64,000 nt of DNA from Chiloscyllium plagiosum (lineage: Eukaryota). The DNA is taken from NCBI RefSeq assembly GCF_004010195.1, contig NC_057711.1:77722925-77786924 (forward strand). The letters are read 5' to 3'. The position numbers were made by a program, and so were the translations under genes. Shown piece by piece: positions 63,265 through 64,000 of this stretch; position 1 is the stretch's first letter, and every line of letters starts with the position of its first letter. The notes below the pieces were generated by a model. That model was given only the letters and a program-made list of their open reading frames with translations, made no database searches and was not told where the DNA came from.

Positions 63265-64000
63265 GTTGTATATGGATTTCAGTAAAGTGTTTGATAAGGT
63301 TCCCCATGGTAGGCTATTGCAGAAAATACAGAGACATGGGATTGAGGGTGATTTAGCCGTTTGGATCAGAAATTGGCTAGCTGGAAGAAGACAAGTGTGG
63401 TTGTTGATGGGAAATGGTCATCCTGGAGTTCAGTTGCTAGTGGTGTACTGCAAGGATCTGTTTTGGGGCCACTGCTGTTTGTCATTTTTATAAATTACCT
63501 AGATGAGGGTGTAGAAGGATGGGTTAATAAATTTGCGGATGACACGAAGACTGGTGGAGTTGTGGAGAGTGCCAAAGGATGTTTCAGATTACAGAAGGAC
63601 ATAGATAAGCTGCAGAGCTGGGCTGAGTGGTGGCAAATGGGGCTTAATGTGGAAAAGTGTGAAGTAATTCACATTGGGAGGGGTAAGAGGAATACAGAGT
63701 ACTGGGCTAATGGTAGGATTCTTGGTAATGTCGATGAGCAGAGAGATCTCTGTGTCCAGGTTGATAGGGTTGTGAAGAAGACAGATAGTGTGTTAGCTTT
63801 TATTGCTAGAGGGATTGCATTTCTGAGCCATGAGGTCATGCTACAACTGTACAAAACTCTGGTGTGGCCACTTGGAGTATTGCATGCAGTTCTGGCTGCC
63901 ACATTATAGGAAGGACGTGGAAGCTTTGGAAAGGGTGCAGAGGAGATTTATCAAGATGTTGCCTGGTATGGAGGGAAAGTTTTTTGAGGAAAGGCTGAGG
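63265..64000 (+). mobile_element. CR1 LINE RT fragment running off the window end
   Basis: YMDFSKVFDKVPHGRLL, SGVLQGSVLGPLLFVIFIN and KFADDTKTGG. Confidence 0.93.

Noticed and set aside
50708..64000. Next VPS13A exon (exon 18 equivalent)
   Set aside because: No matching spliceable segment was found by eye; it is presumably beyond the window.

Overview
Eukaryotic, repeat-rich genomic DNA. The SINE, CR1 and Penelope families point to a cartilaginous fish, probably a carpet or bamboo shark (inference). The window holds 13 consecutive internal coding exons of VPS13A (chorein) on the + strand, 10185-50707. They correspond to human exons 5-17 as I recall that structure, all have GT-AG boundaries, and they join into one open frame of 1309 nt. 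The rest is intron filled with CR1 and other LINEs, tRNA-derived SINEs, Penelope-like elements (PLEs), solo LTRs and one 610-N assembly gap. The first 3.8 kb is the 3' half of a decayed class I (gamma/epsilon-like) endogenous retrovirus: RNase H, integrase, env and 3' LTR. Main findings: (1) the env transmembrane subunit aligns almost without gaps to filovirus (Ebola) GP2, including a Cys-bounded internal fusion loop with matching spacing; (2) the env membrane anchor is missing and a possible decayed accessory ORF follows; (3) four PLE-associated families of minimal hammerhead ribozyme motifs occur, several sense to the VPS13A pre-mRNA; (4) a 333-bp loop-less PLE palindrome lies in an intron. 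All comparisons to known proteins were made by eye from recalled sequences, not from database searches.
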